Positions 1 to 7,353 are shown, counted from the stretch's first letter. The stretch: DNA of 19,867 nucleotides from Candidatus Hermodarchaeota archaeon (GCA_048886185.1 JBHLKY010000040.1:1-19867); one strand, 5' to 3'. Program-made: numbers and translations. The notes: a model not told the origin generated them from the letters alone.

Positions 1-638
1 ATTACTGCAAAAACTCCAACTGGTATAGCTTTTGTCTTTCTACATAACTCGATTAGATTAATACTTGTTGTTTGAGAGCGTATAGCATCATCAACTATTA
101 AAACATGTTCTCCTCGTCGTAGAGACCCCTTTGGGATATAGAGCGAGTAACTATAGGCTCCTACAAAAACTTGTTGTTCAATAAAATGCTCTACTCCAAT
201 TTCTTTTTTCTTTTTTGCATATACAACTTCTACTTCTAGCTCAAAACCCACAGCATATGCTATTGGAAGTCCATCTGTACTAGTAGATAGTATTTTATCA
301 ATGTCCATGTGGGAGAATTCAGAAACAACGAAAGATGCAATGTGTCGTAGAAGAGCGGTATTATAGAGGAGAAATAGATGATTGAAATGTCCATGCTCAT
401 CTATTGAGATGTTATTTCGAACTTCTTCCTTTAGCATATTCTCATAAGTATTAATAATATATTTAGAACGATCATCGGAAGGTAAAACGTGGCCCTTGAC
501 ATAACGTGCTATTACTGGAACAGGAATGTTCAACATAGTAGATAAAGAATCGTAAGTGTTAGTCTTTTTTAATTGTCTTAATACACTATTAGCAAATAAT
601 CTCTGTTTTACTAAGCTTTCTTTATTCACTTTTCCCAA
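1..638 (-). CDS. HTH + type I phosphoribosyltransferase-fold protein (archaeal PurR-like/APRT-related), truncated at its 3' end by the window edge; absent from the ORF track
   Basis: Manual translation of the - strand is open from TTG 638 (or GTG 629) to base 1: (MGK)VNKESLVKQRLFANSVLRQLKKTNTYDSLSTMLNIPVPVIARYVKGHVLPSDDRSK...IDKILSTSTDGLPIAYAVG...VVYAKKKKEIG...LYIPKGSLRRGEHVLIVDDAIRSQTTSINLIELCRKTKAIPVGVFAV. It has an N-terminal HTH-like segment (TYDSLSTMLNIPVPVIARYVKGHVLP) and a PRPP-binding motif VLIVDD. GAGGT lies 5 nt before the TTG. Confidence 0.85.
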   Translation of the reverse strand, partial: MGKVNKESLVKQRLFANSVLRQLKKTNTYDSLSTMLNIPVPVIARYVKGHVLPSDDRSKYIINTYENMLKEEVRNNISIDEHGHFNHLFLLYNTALLRHIASFVVSEFSHMDIDKILSTSTDGLPIAYAVGFELEVEVVYAKKKKEIGVEHFIEQQVFVGAYSYSLYIPKGSLRRGEHVLIVDDAIRSQTTSINLIELCRKTKAIPVGVFAV

Positions 639-656
639 CTTTAACCTCTAATAATT

Positions 657-1616
657 CTAGAATTCAATTAATTTTCCATCAAAAGGTGAAATGACCTTGA
701 TTTTTCCATTTCCTTTCTGTAAAACTTCTCCGATCATTATACTATTTGGTGCCTGCTTTTCAAATCGTTCTTTATCTTTTGGGTGAATTATTTCGACAAA
801 TCCAATTCCACAATTAAATGTTCGGAGCATTTCAAATGATGGGGTTTCTATCAATTCATTTAACTTTGAATAGAGTATTTCAAAAATCTTCAAAAGTGTT
901 ATTTGACTAAAATCTAAATAAATATCTAAATCATTCGATATCAGCTTTCTTAGCTTGGTAAAAGCTCCTCCTGTAATGTGCATCCTTCTATTGGCGAATG
1001 AAGTCTTTTTTAATACATCTAAGTAAATAGCAGTTGGTATTGTAAGTTCTTCAATGTAATTTTCATAGATACTATCACCTAATAGTCCTCGGGCCATTGA
1101 AAGTCCATTACTATGAATTCCAGTGCTTAAATGTCCATATATAATATTTCCCGCCTTTACTGGATTGTTTATTATACTATGGGTAAAACCAGTCATATGG
1201 ATTCCGACTTCCATTCCCTTAAGTGTATTTAAAATGGCAGTTTCTCCACCCATGAATATAGTATTATATTTTAGGCATAATTCCGATAATTTTTTCACAA
1301 CTAAATTGATTGCGCTTTCTTTCTCTTCCTGTAGAATGAGATGACAATTTAACGTTCTTGGATTGAAACCCAGAATAGCTAGATCATTAATATTCATCGC
1401 AAAAGCATCGATTGCTGCTGATTCGAAACTTCCAAATAACCAGTGTAGATATCCCTTTGTACCAATACCATCAACATGTTCCAGTAAATAACCATTTGAT
1501 TTCTTTATAATGGGATAACCAGCTTCTGTAAAAATAGAATTGGTCCATGTTTTTTGAATACTTTCCAAAATACTCTTAGTAAATGGTTTTTCGGGATTAT
1601 ATAGTCCAAATGTCAT
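657..1616 (-). CDS. purM: Phosphoribosylformylglycinamidine cyclo-ligase (AIR synthetase)
   Basis: Motifs DGIGTK, AMNINDL, GGETA, STGIHSNG, HITGG and TFNCGIG; pur cluster context. The N-terminus is atypical. Confidence 0.9.
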   Translation of the reverse strand: MTFGLYNPEKPFTKSILESIQKTWTNSIFTEAGYPIIKKSNGYLLEHVDGIGTKGYLHWLFGSFESAAIDAFAMNINDLAILGFNPRTLNCHLILQEEKESAINLVVKKLSELCLKYNTIFMGGETAILNTLKGMEVGIHMTGFTHSIINNPVKAGNIIYGHLSTGIHSNGLSMARGLLGDSIYENYIEELTIPTAIYLDVLKKTSFANRRMHITGGAFTKLRKLISNDLDIYLDFSQITLLKIFEILYSKLNELIETPSFEMLRTFNCGIGFVEIIHPKDKERFEKQAPNSIMIGEVLQKGNGKIKVISPFDGKLIEF

Positions 1617-1617
1617 T

Positions 1618-2922
1618 TTAACTGACTCCCTCTCCTATATCAGTTCTAAAGTGTAATTTTCCAGAAACAGAATTTACAGCATTATAGGCATAATCTCGTG
1701 CTTCATTAATTGACTCACCCAAGCCTAATATTCCGATTGATCTAGAGCGAGTTGTTAATATTTTTCCATCAGAAGTCTCATCTACAGAAGCGTAATATAA
1801 TTTGCAATTAGAACCATTTATTTTATCACTATTAACAGCTATCTCCTCATTAGCCTCTGGTTGTGTGGGATATCCCATTGGGGTCAAATATACGCAGACT
1901 GTCGCTCTATTGTGCCATTTTTTCTGTTTTAGATTTCCATCTATCATCTCTTCACAAGACTTTGAAAAATCATCTAAAAGTAAAGGAAGGACATTCATTG
2001 CTTCAGGATCTCCAAATCGAGAATTAAATTCAATAAGCTTGACTCCTCTATCAGTAAGCATAAATTGACCATATAAAACTCCTTTATAATTACCAAGGTT
2101 CATGACAGTCTTCTTCATTATATTGATGGCATGATTGTAATCCTTATTTGACAGAAAAGATAATTTATGATCAGAGAGTGAATAAGATCCCATACTTCCT
2201 GTGTTTGGCCCTTTATCCTCGTTAAAAGCCCTTTTGAAATCTTGAACTAGAGGCATTGGTATAATTTTGTTTCCACTAACTAAGGCCTGTAATGTGAACT
2301 CAGAATTTTTCAGATTGTTTGGTTTTTGGAGCTTCTCTTCAACAATGACTTTTCTAGTACCCTTAGTCAAGACTTGTTTGACATAATCAACGATTTCATC
2401 CTTTGAATTTAAGTGGTCTCCCCATACTTTCACTCCCTTTCCTCCTGTCAAATAATCTGGTTTTATAACAATTTGATTGTTAAAATCTTTCAAGATTTTT
2501 TTGATATTTCTTTCAATATCCTCCAAATTATCTTCATGAGAAAATATGTGGAACTCGGGATAACCAGGTATCTTATTATCCTTCATAAGATTTCTTGTAT
2601 AAGCTTTACTCCATTCAATTTTACTCATTTCCCTATTTGGAGCTGCACATTTAATTTCAGCCTTTTCAAGAGAATCAACAATCCCATTTGATAGGGGATT
2701 CTCAGGCCCTATTACAGCAAAATCTGCTTTGATTGATTTTGCATATTTAACAATTTGATCATTATCACCTAAATCACCAATTTGAAATCCTTTTGATAAT
2801 TTTTTTATTCCAGGATTAATCGTACTCATAAAAGCGAAAAGACGAACTTCATCAAATTTAACAAGAGCTTCGGAGATAACGTGTTCTCTTGCACCATTAC
2901 CTACTAACAAGAACCTGTTCAT
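1618..2922 (-). CDS. purD: Phosphoribosylamine-glycine ligase (GAR synthetase)
   Basis: LLVGNGAREH, VIGPENPL, EWSK, VIKPDYLTGGKGV, GPNTGSMGSYS, GVLYGQFM, IEFNSRFGDPE. Confidence 0.96.
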   Translation of the reverse strand: MNRFLLVGNGAREHVISEALVKFDEVRLFAFMSTINPGIKKLSKGFQIGDLGDNDQIVKYAKSIKADFAVIGPENPLSNGIVDSLEKAEIKCAAPNREMSKIEWSKAYTRNLMKDNKIPGYPEFHIFSHEDNLEDIERNIKKILKDFNNQIVIKPDYLTGGKGVKVWGDHLNSKDEIVDYVKQVLTKGTRKVIVEEKLQKPNNLKNSEFTLQALVSGNKIIPMPLVQDFKRAFNEDKGPNTGSMGSYSLSDHKLSFLSNKDYNHAINIMKKTVMNLGNYKGVLYGQFMLTDRGVKLIEFNSRFGDPEAMNVLPLLLDDFSKSCEEMIDGNLKQKKWHNRATVCVYLTPMGYPTQPEANEEIAVNSDKINGSNCKLYYASVDETSDGKILTTRSRSIGILGLGESINEARDYAYNAVNSVSGKLHFRTDIGEGVS

Positions 2923-4294
2923 AACATCTTACATCCTCATTCATTGATCCAATATTCTTTAATAATATCTTCGCTTTTTCTGTCGGATAATTTCCGTCTA
3001 AACACGCTGTGCATAAGCTTTGAACTCCAATAGCGTCGTGTAAATCCTCGATTGTCATGTAAATTAAAGAATCACAGCCTAAAATCTTCTTTATTCTATC
3101 AACCGAGTTTGCCGCTGCTAATAACTCACCTGGTCGGGACATATCTATTCCATAAACACAGGGAAATTTTATCATTGGTGTAGTAATTCCAACATGAATT
3201 TTTTGGGCTCCTTTTTCATGTAAAAGCTCAATTACTCGTTTCAAAGTTGTCCCCCGTACGATTGAATCATCGATTAAAATTAGGTTCTTCCCCCTAATTA
3301 TGCTGGGAACAGTTTCATATACTTTATTAACAGCATTAAAGCGATCTTTTTCAGTTGGTTTAATAAAAATTCTACCTGATGAACTTTTAATTAATCCATC
3401 TGCATATGGTAGTCCTAAAAATGATGCACAACCTAGTGCAGCAGTTTTAGCAGTGTTGGGAACTGGAATAACATAATCTACTTCTGTAATGTCGTATTCA
3501 AAGAGTAATTTTCCTAATTTTTGTCCTAAGTTAAATCTTACCTGATAAACCTCTTTTCCATCAAGATTTGATGGCGCTTGAGAGAAATAAGTCCATTCAA
3601 ACATACAAGGATGTGATTTCTGATACATAAATCTATGTTTTTCAATAGATTCTCTTGAAAAGATCATTAAACTCCCTGGAGACACAAAATTATACTCTAC
3701 AATCCCTAGCTTTTCCAGAATCCGCGTCTCGGAGGTTACAAAATAACCATCATCCAATTTCCCCCAACAGAGAGGTCTTATCCCATTTGGATCTCGAAAT
3801 GCTATTAATTTATCGTCACCGATAAGCGCTATAACACTGTAGGCTCCATCTATTTCAGATAATAATCTCCTCACTGCAGAGTATATTGTTGGACTGTCTT
3901 CTAAATTCCTTTTTAATAATTTAGTAAGAAGAGCACCATCATTTTCTTCTTTATTGATATGAGGATATAAGATGTTACCATTGAACACTAAACTTAACAT
4001 TCCTCTTCTTGTTGATTCGATAAATGGAGATATGTGGAAATGCATTGATTCTTGGTTTAAAACACCAATAGTTGGATATCTGGTAGAGCCAACACATGCA
4101 TCGATAGTTTCAAAGGAATAAGGGATGTTTTTTTCCAAGTTAACAGCTGTTCCTTGACATTTTTCACTAATGAATCCATTAGCAAATCCAGTGAGACCTG
4201 CAGCCTCTTGACCTCGCGTACTTAAGTCCTCCAAACAATTTACAAAAGTACCAATGCTTATATTTCCTCCGATAACTCCTAAAATCCCACACAT
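2897..4294 (-). CDS. purF: Amidophosphoribosyltransferase (glutamine PRPP amidotransferase), Fe-S type
   Basis: N-terminal MCGILG (Ntn nucleophile Cys), RGQEAAG, RDPNGIRPL, SET, PCMFEWTYF, IDDSIVRGTT (PRPP site), PCVYGIDM, LCTACLDGNYP. Confidence 0.96.
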   Translation of the reverse strand: MCGILGVIGGNISIGTFVNCLEDLSTRGQEAAGLTGFANGFISEKCQGTAVNLEKNIPYSFETIDACVGSTRYPTIGVLNQESMHFHISPFIESTRRGMLSLVFNGNILYPHINKEENDGALLTKLLKRNLEDSPTIYSAVRRLLSEIDGAYSVIALIGDDKLIAFRDPNGIRPLCWGKLDDGYFVTSETRILEKLGIVEYNFVSPGSLMIFSRESIEKHRFMYQKSHPCMFEWTYFSQAPSNLDGKEVYQVRFNLGQKLGKLLFEYDITEVDYVIPVPNTAKTAALGCASFLGLPYADGLIKSSSGRIFIKPTEKDRFNAVNKVYETVPSIIRGKNLILIDDSIVRGTTLKRVIELLHEKGAQKIHVGITTPMIKFPCVYGIDMSRPGELLAAANSVDRIKKILGCDSLIYMTIEDLHDAIGVQSLCTACLDGNYPTEKAKILLKNIGSMNEDVRCYEQVLVSR

Positions 4295-4300
4295 TGTTTA

Positions 4301-4417
4301 TCATAACTCCAATATACATTTATCAATAAAAATGATTTTATCGCCAAGATTTGATTTCGGTTCTTCTTTTATAACGAGTTTCACTAGAGTTTCCTCAACT
4401 TGAAGCATTACATCCAT
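4301..4417 (-). CDS. Possible small ORF (38 aa, MDVMLQVEETLVKLVIKEEPKSNLGDKIIFIDKCILEL) or frameshifted C-terminal extension of PurE
   Basis: It fills the only sizeable gap (4295-4440) in an otherwise tightly packed operon, stops 6 nt before the purF ATG, and its frame is open back to 4486 inside purE. No family recognised. Confidence 0.35.
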   Translation of the reverse strand: MDVMLQVEETLVKLVIKEEPKSNLGDKIIFIDKCILEL

Positions 4418-4440
4418 TGCTTTCTGTTTGAATGGGTGAA

Positions 4441-4815
4441 TTACTTTCCTAATATCCTTAAAGCTAACAATGCAGCATTTTGGCCATTATCTATGCCAAC
4501 ACAAGCAACTGGCACACCTTTAGGCATTTGAACTATCGATAATAAAGCATCTATGCCATTTAAAACTCCCGAGACTGGTACTCCAATAACGGGTCTTTGG
4601 GTTCTTGCCGCAACATATCCTGGTAATGCTGCAGATAATCCAGCAACACAAATGAATATATTCTCTTTTGATTCATTGATTATTTTTTCAACTAATTTGG
4701 GATTCCGATGACATGAGGCATAATGAACATCGAAATTTACTCTTCCTTCCAATTCAGAAGTAATAGTTTTAACGATATTTTCGTCACTTTTGCTTCCTGC
4801 TATTATGGTAATCAT
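4441..4815 (-). CDS. purE: PurE (AIR carboxylase / N5-CAIR mutase family), short form
   Basis: IIAGSKSD, ASCHRNP, VAGLSAALPG, RPVIGVP, DALLSIVQMPKGVPVACVGIDNGQNAALLALRIL. Confidence 0.93.
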   Translation of the reverse strand: MITIIAGSKSDENIVKTITSELEGRVNFDVHYASCHRNPKLVEKIINESKENIFICVAGLSAALPGYVAARTQRPVIGVPVSGVLNGIDALLSIVQMPKGVPVACVGIDNGQNAALLALRILGK

Positions 4816-5515
4816 TGATATCCTTTCTCCATAATTCTAGTAAACGGTAGTGAAAATTAAAGTGCTCTTCATCCCATAAAATTTCTACTTTCCTCCCATT
4901 TAGGTTTAATAATTTCTTCTTGTATAGCCTTAATGTTTCGGCAAATATTAAATACTCTCTCTTTAAATTTCGCTCTGATAAATTACTTAAAGGTTCAGAT
5001 GGCAGAACTGGGGTAGAAGCTTGAAGAATTATTGGCCCATGATCTTCTTTATCATCAACAAAGTGAGTTGTGCACCCAATAACCTTTACTCCATAATTTA
5101 AGGCATCTGGAATTCCATGCAATCCTTTAAAAGAGGGTAAAATTGCTGGATGAATGTTTATTGCAGTAAATTCATCTAGAATTACCGGGGTTACAAAAAG
5201 CATATATCCAGCAAGGCATAATATCTCAACGTCCCTTTTTTTAAGTTCGTACATGATTTTATGATCATATTCTCTTCTTAAAGAGTCATTCATTATATCT
5301 TCAATTTTCATTCCTCTTTTAAATTTGATAAAAGAGGGGGGTTCAAGAAATAAGGATAAAATCCCATTATTCTTAGCTCTTTCCAAAGAATATGAATTAT
5401 TTTTATTACTAATAACAATCTCAACATTTGAATTAGGAATGTATCCTGTTTTACAAGCATCAATTATAGCTTGCAAATTGGTCCCACTTCCACTAGCAAG
5501 AACCCCAATTTTCAT
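4784..5515 (-). CDS. purN: Phosphoribosylglycinamide formyltransferase (folate-dependent GAR transformylase)
   Basis: GVLASGSGTNLQAIID, LAGYM, INIHPAILPSFKG (N-x-H catalytic motif), GCTTHFVD, DHGPIILQ. Confidence 0.95.
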   Translation of the reverse strand: MKIGVLASGSGTNLQAIIDACKTGYIPNSNVEIVISNKNNSYSLERAKNNGILSLFLEPPSFIKFKRGMKIEDIMNDSLRREYDHKIMYELKKRDVEILCLAGYMLFVTPVILDEFTAINIHPAILPSFKGLHGIPDALNYGVKVIGCTTHFVDDKEDHGPIILQASTPVLPSEPLSNLSERNLKREYLIFAETLRLYKKKLLNLNGRKVEILWDEEHFNFHYRLLELWRKDINDYHNSRKQK

Positions 5516-6369
5516 TTTAACACTCCATTGACTCTTTTATATGCTTTAAGGGTATTTTTTAATAAAACAGCGATTGTTAAGGGACCTAATCCTCCCGGAA
5601 CTGTAGAAACAAATGAAGCTTTTTTAAAAATGAGATCAGTAAACTCTCGTTCAGTTTTTGTATTCGCACAGTCAATTGCAATGACTCCCTCCTTTAATAT
5701 ATCAGCATCGATTAATTTTGGCATTCCTGTGGCGGATACAACGATATCAGCGGATCTTAATTCATTAATAACCCGTTCCCTATCAACAATACGATGGATT
5801 TTTGTAACAAAAGCATTCTCTTTCTCTAATAATTGAGCAACAGGTGTCCCTATTAACCTTCCCCGACCGAGGACAACTGCCTTTTTACCTTTCACATCAA
5901 TATTATAAGCTTCTAACAATCGTTTTAATCCTTCAGCTGCACAAGGAACAAAAACATCAGAACTATAGTATGATCTGCCAATATTAATAAAGTTAAGTCC
6001 ATCGATATCTTTTTCAGTGTTAATGAGTTCGAGTATCTCATTCTCATTATATTGTGGAGGTAGCGGTAATTGAACCATAATCCCAGTAATGTCTATGTTC
6101 TCATTCTGTTTCAAAATTAATTCTTTGATTTTAGTAGGTTCAACTATATTATTAAAAGCGTATAGGGAATAGCGAATACCCACTTCTACACATTTACGTT
6201 CTTTCATACGTTGATAGATGTAAGATCCTTTGTCATTACCAATGATGATTGCAATCAATCTTGGATCGTATTGGTTTTTCTCGATTTCTGCTTTTACATT
6301 TTCAAGTATTTTTTGAGAGAGTGTTGTTCCATCCATTATTGTTCCTATATTCGAAACTACTTTTGACAT
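5512..6369 (-). CDS. folD: Bifunctional methylene-THF dehydrogenase / methenyl-THF cyclohydrolase
   Basis: SYIYQRMK (YxxxK), GIMVQLPLP, KDIDG, PCA, GKKAVVLGRG, ADIVVSATG, VPGGLGPLT. ATGA overlap with purN. Confidence 0.92.
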   Translation of the reverse strand: MSKVVSNIGTIMDGTTLSQKILENVKAEIEKNQYDPRLIAIIIGNDKGSYIYQRMKERKCVEVGIRYSLYAFNNIVEPTKIKELILKQNENIDITGIMVQLPLPPQYNENEILELINTEKDIDGLNFINIGRSYYSSDVFVPCAAEGLKRLLEAYNIDVKGKKAVVLGRGRLIGTPVAQLLEKENAFVTKIHRIVDRERVINELRSADIVVSATGMPKLIDADILKEGVIAIDCANTKTEREFTDLIFKKASFVSTVPGGLGPLTIAVLLKNTLKAYKRVNGVLK

Positions 6370-6375
6370 TATAGT

Positions 6376-7200
6376 TCACTTAGTTGCCTGTTTCAAACGT
6401 GTGGTGACTTCTTTGTATCGATTAATGATTAAAGATGCATTTTCTTGCAGAATTTGTTTATACTCGTTCTTATTAGCATTTCTTAGTTTCTCTCGTATGA
6501 ATTCTTTGTCATAATAATCAGGAGGGGCTTTTTTATCCCCTTTAAGCCAGATTCTATCAAATGTACGAAACTCGTCAGGGCCAAATGAATCAATCACACA
6601 TAATTCATCTTTTCCACTTAAACCCATCTCTATTTTTCCATCTACAAGAATCAATCCAGCTTTATCAAATAATTCAGTCAATAAATGCGAAATTACCTTA
6701 ACTTCCTCCAAAACATTCTTATATAACAACATTCCGTTATCCAAATTCATTTCTGAAAAGGATTCTTTCATTATTTTCCAAATATCATCACGATCTAGAT
6801 TATATCGATCCTTTACTTCCTTCTTAGTGCTTACTTCAACAAATACTTGTGGAAATCGCGAATATTCCTTACATTCCATGTCCCTTGGAAGTTTTAGCGT
6901 TCCATTTAGAGCACGTTGTAAAGCAGATCCAGTTAATAAATTTCTAAAAATAAACTCAAAATCTAAAGGATTACATTTATACATGATAATGTAATCATCA
7001 CCTCCTTCCAGCATTGCTGTTTTGATATTATTTTTTGATAAATAATTAAAGATCACTCGTGTACATTCAGCAAGTATCTTTCCTCTTCCTTCTATTTTTC
7101 CTATAACCTCATCAAAAACACTTAGTCTATCTGAAAAAACAAATTTAATTTTACCATCAGAGGAATAACCATCTTTATTTTTTCCTTGAATAATTTTTAT
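6376..7200 (-). CDS. purC: SAICAR synthetase; extended beyond the ORF-track GTG (7056) to a putative ATA start at 7200 (274 aa)
   Basis: The in-frame sequence upstream of 7056 reads IKIIQGKNKDGYSSDGKIKFVFSDRLSVFDEVIGKIEGRGKILAECTR, which is the conserved PurC N-terminus (GKxK, SDRxSxFD). Downstream motifs: EFIFRNLLTGS, LVDGKIEMG, DSFGPDEFR, DKEFIR. The gene call is confident; the exact start is inferred. Confidence 0.88.
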   Translation of the reverse strand: MKIIQGKNKDGYSSDGKIKFVFSDRLSVFDEVIGKIEGRGKILAECTRVIFNYLSKNNIKTAMLEGGDDYIIMYKCNPLDFEFIFRNLLTGSALQRALNGTLKLPRDMECKEYSRFPQVFVEVSTKKEVKDRYNLDRDDIWKIMKESFSEMNLDNGMLLYKNVLEEVKVISHLLTELFDKAGLILVDGKIEMGLSGKDELCVIDSFGPDEFRTFDRIWLKGDKKAPPDYYDKEFIREKLRNANKNEYKQILQENASLIINRYKEVTTRLKQATK

Positions 7201-7215
7201 GAAAAATCCTTCCTT

Positions 7216-7245
7216 TTACTATATCACAATTCCAATAAGAATCAT
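7216..7245 (-). other. Short upstream ORF (MILIGIVI, then TAG TAA) in frame with purC
   Basis: ATG at 7245, tandem stops at 7221-7216, then 15 nt (AAGGAAGGATTTTTC) before the ATA at 7200. The sequence is seen directly; translation is unproven. Confidence 0.25.
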
Positions 7246-7322
7246 AGAAAAATGTCAATTAAAAAATTTTTGCGTCGATTGGTGAAATCTACTTAAATAG
7301 AGATATGACAGTAGTAATATTT

Positions 7323-7342
7323 TTTAACATAAAGATGTTAAA
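7323..7342. promoter_or_regulatory. Perfect inverted repeat TTTAACAT-AAAG-ATGTTAAA, candidate operator in the divergent promoter
   Basis: 8-bp arms with a 4-nt spacer between the divergent purC and purL starts. Confidence 0.5.
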
Positions 7343-7353
7343 TTGCTTAGAAT

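Noticed and set aside
1123-2691. ORF-track + strand ORFs 1123-1344, 1802-2068 and 2413-2691
   Set aside because: Antisense shadows of the well-supported purM and purD genes, with no recognisable motifs.
5325-5836. ORF-track + strand ORFs 5325-5531 and 5471-5836
   Set aside because: Antisense to purN/folD, with composition typical of shadow frames.
6376-7056. purC start at GTG 7056 as given by the ORF track
   Set aside because: It would omit the conserved GKxK and SDRxSxFD N-terminal motifs that are present in frame upstream.
7236-7258. Bacterial sigma70 promoter for purC (TTGACA on the - strand at 7258-7253)
   Set aside because: No TATAAT-like -10 at 16-18 nt spacing; the sequence there is TTGGAA.
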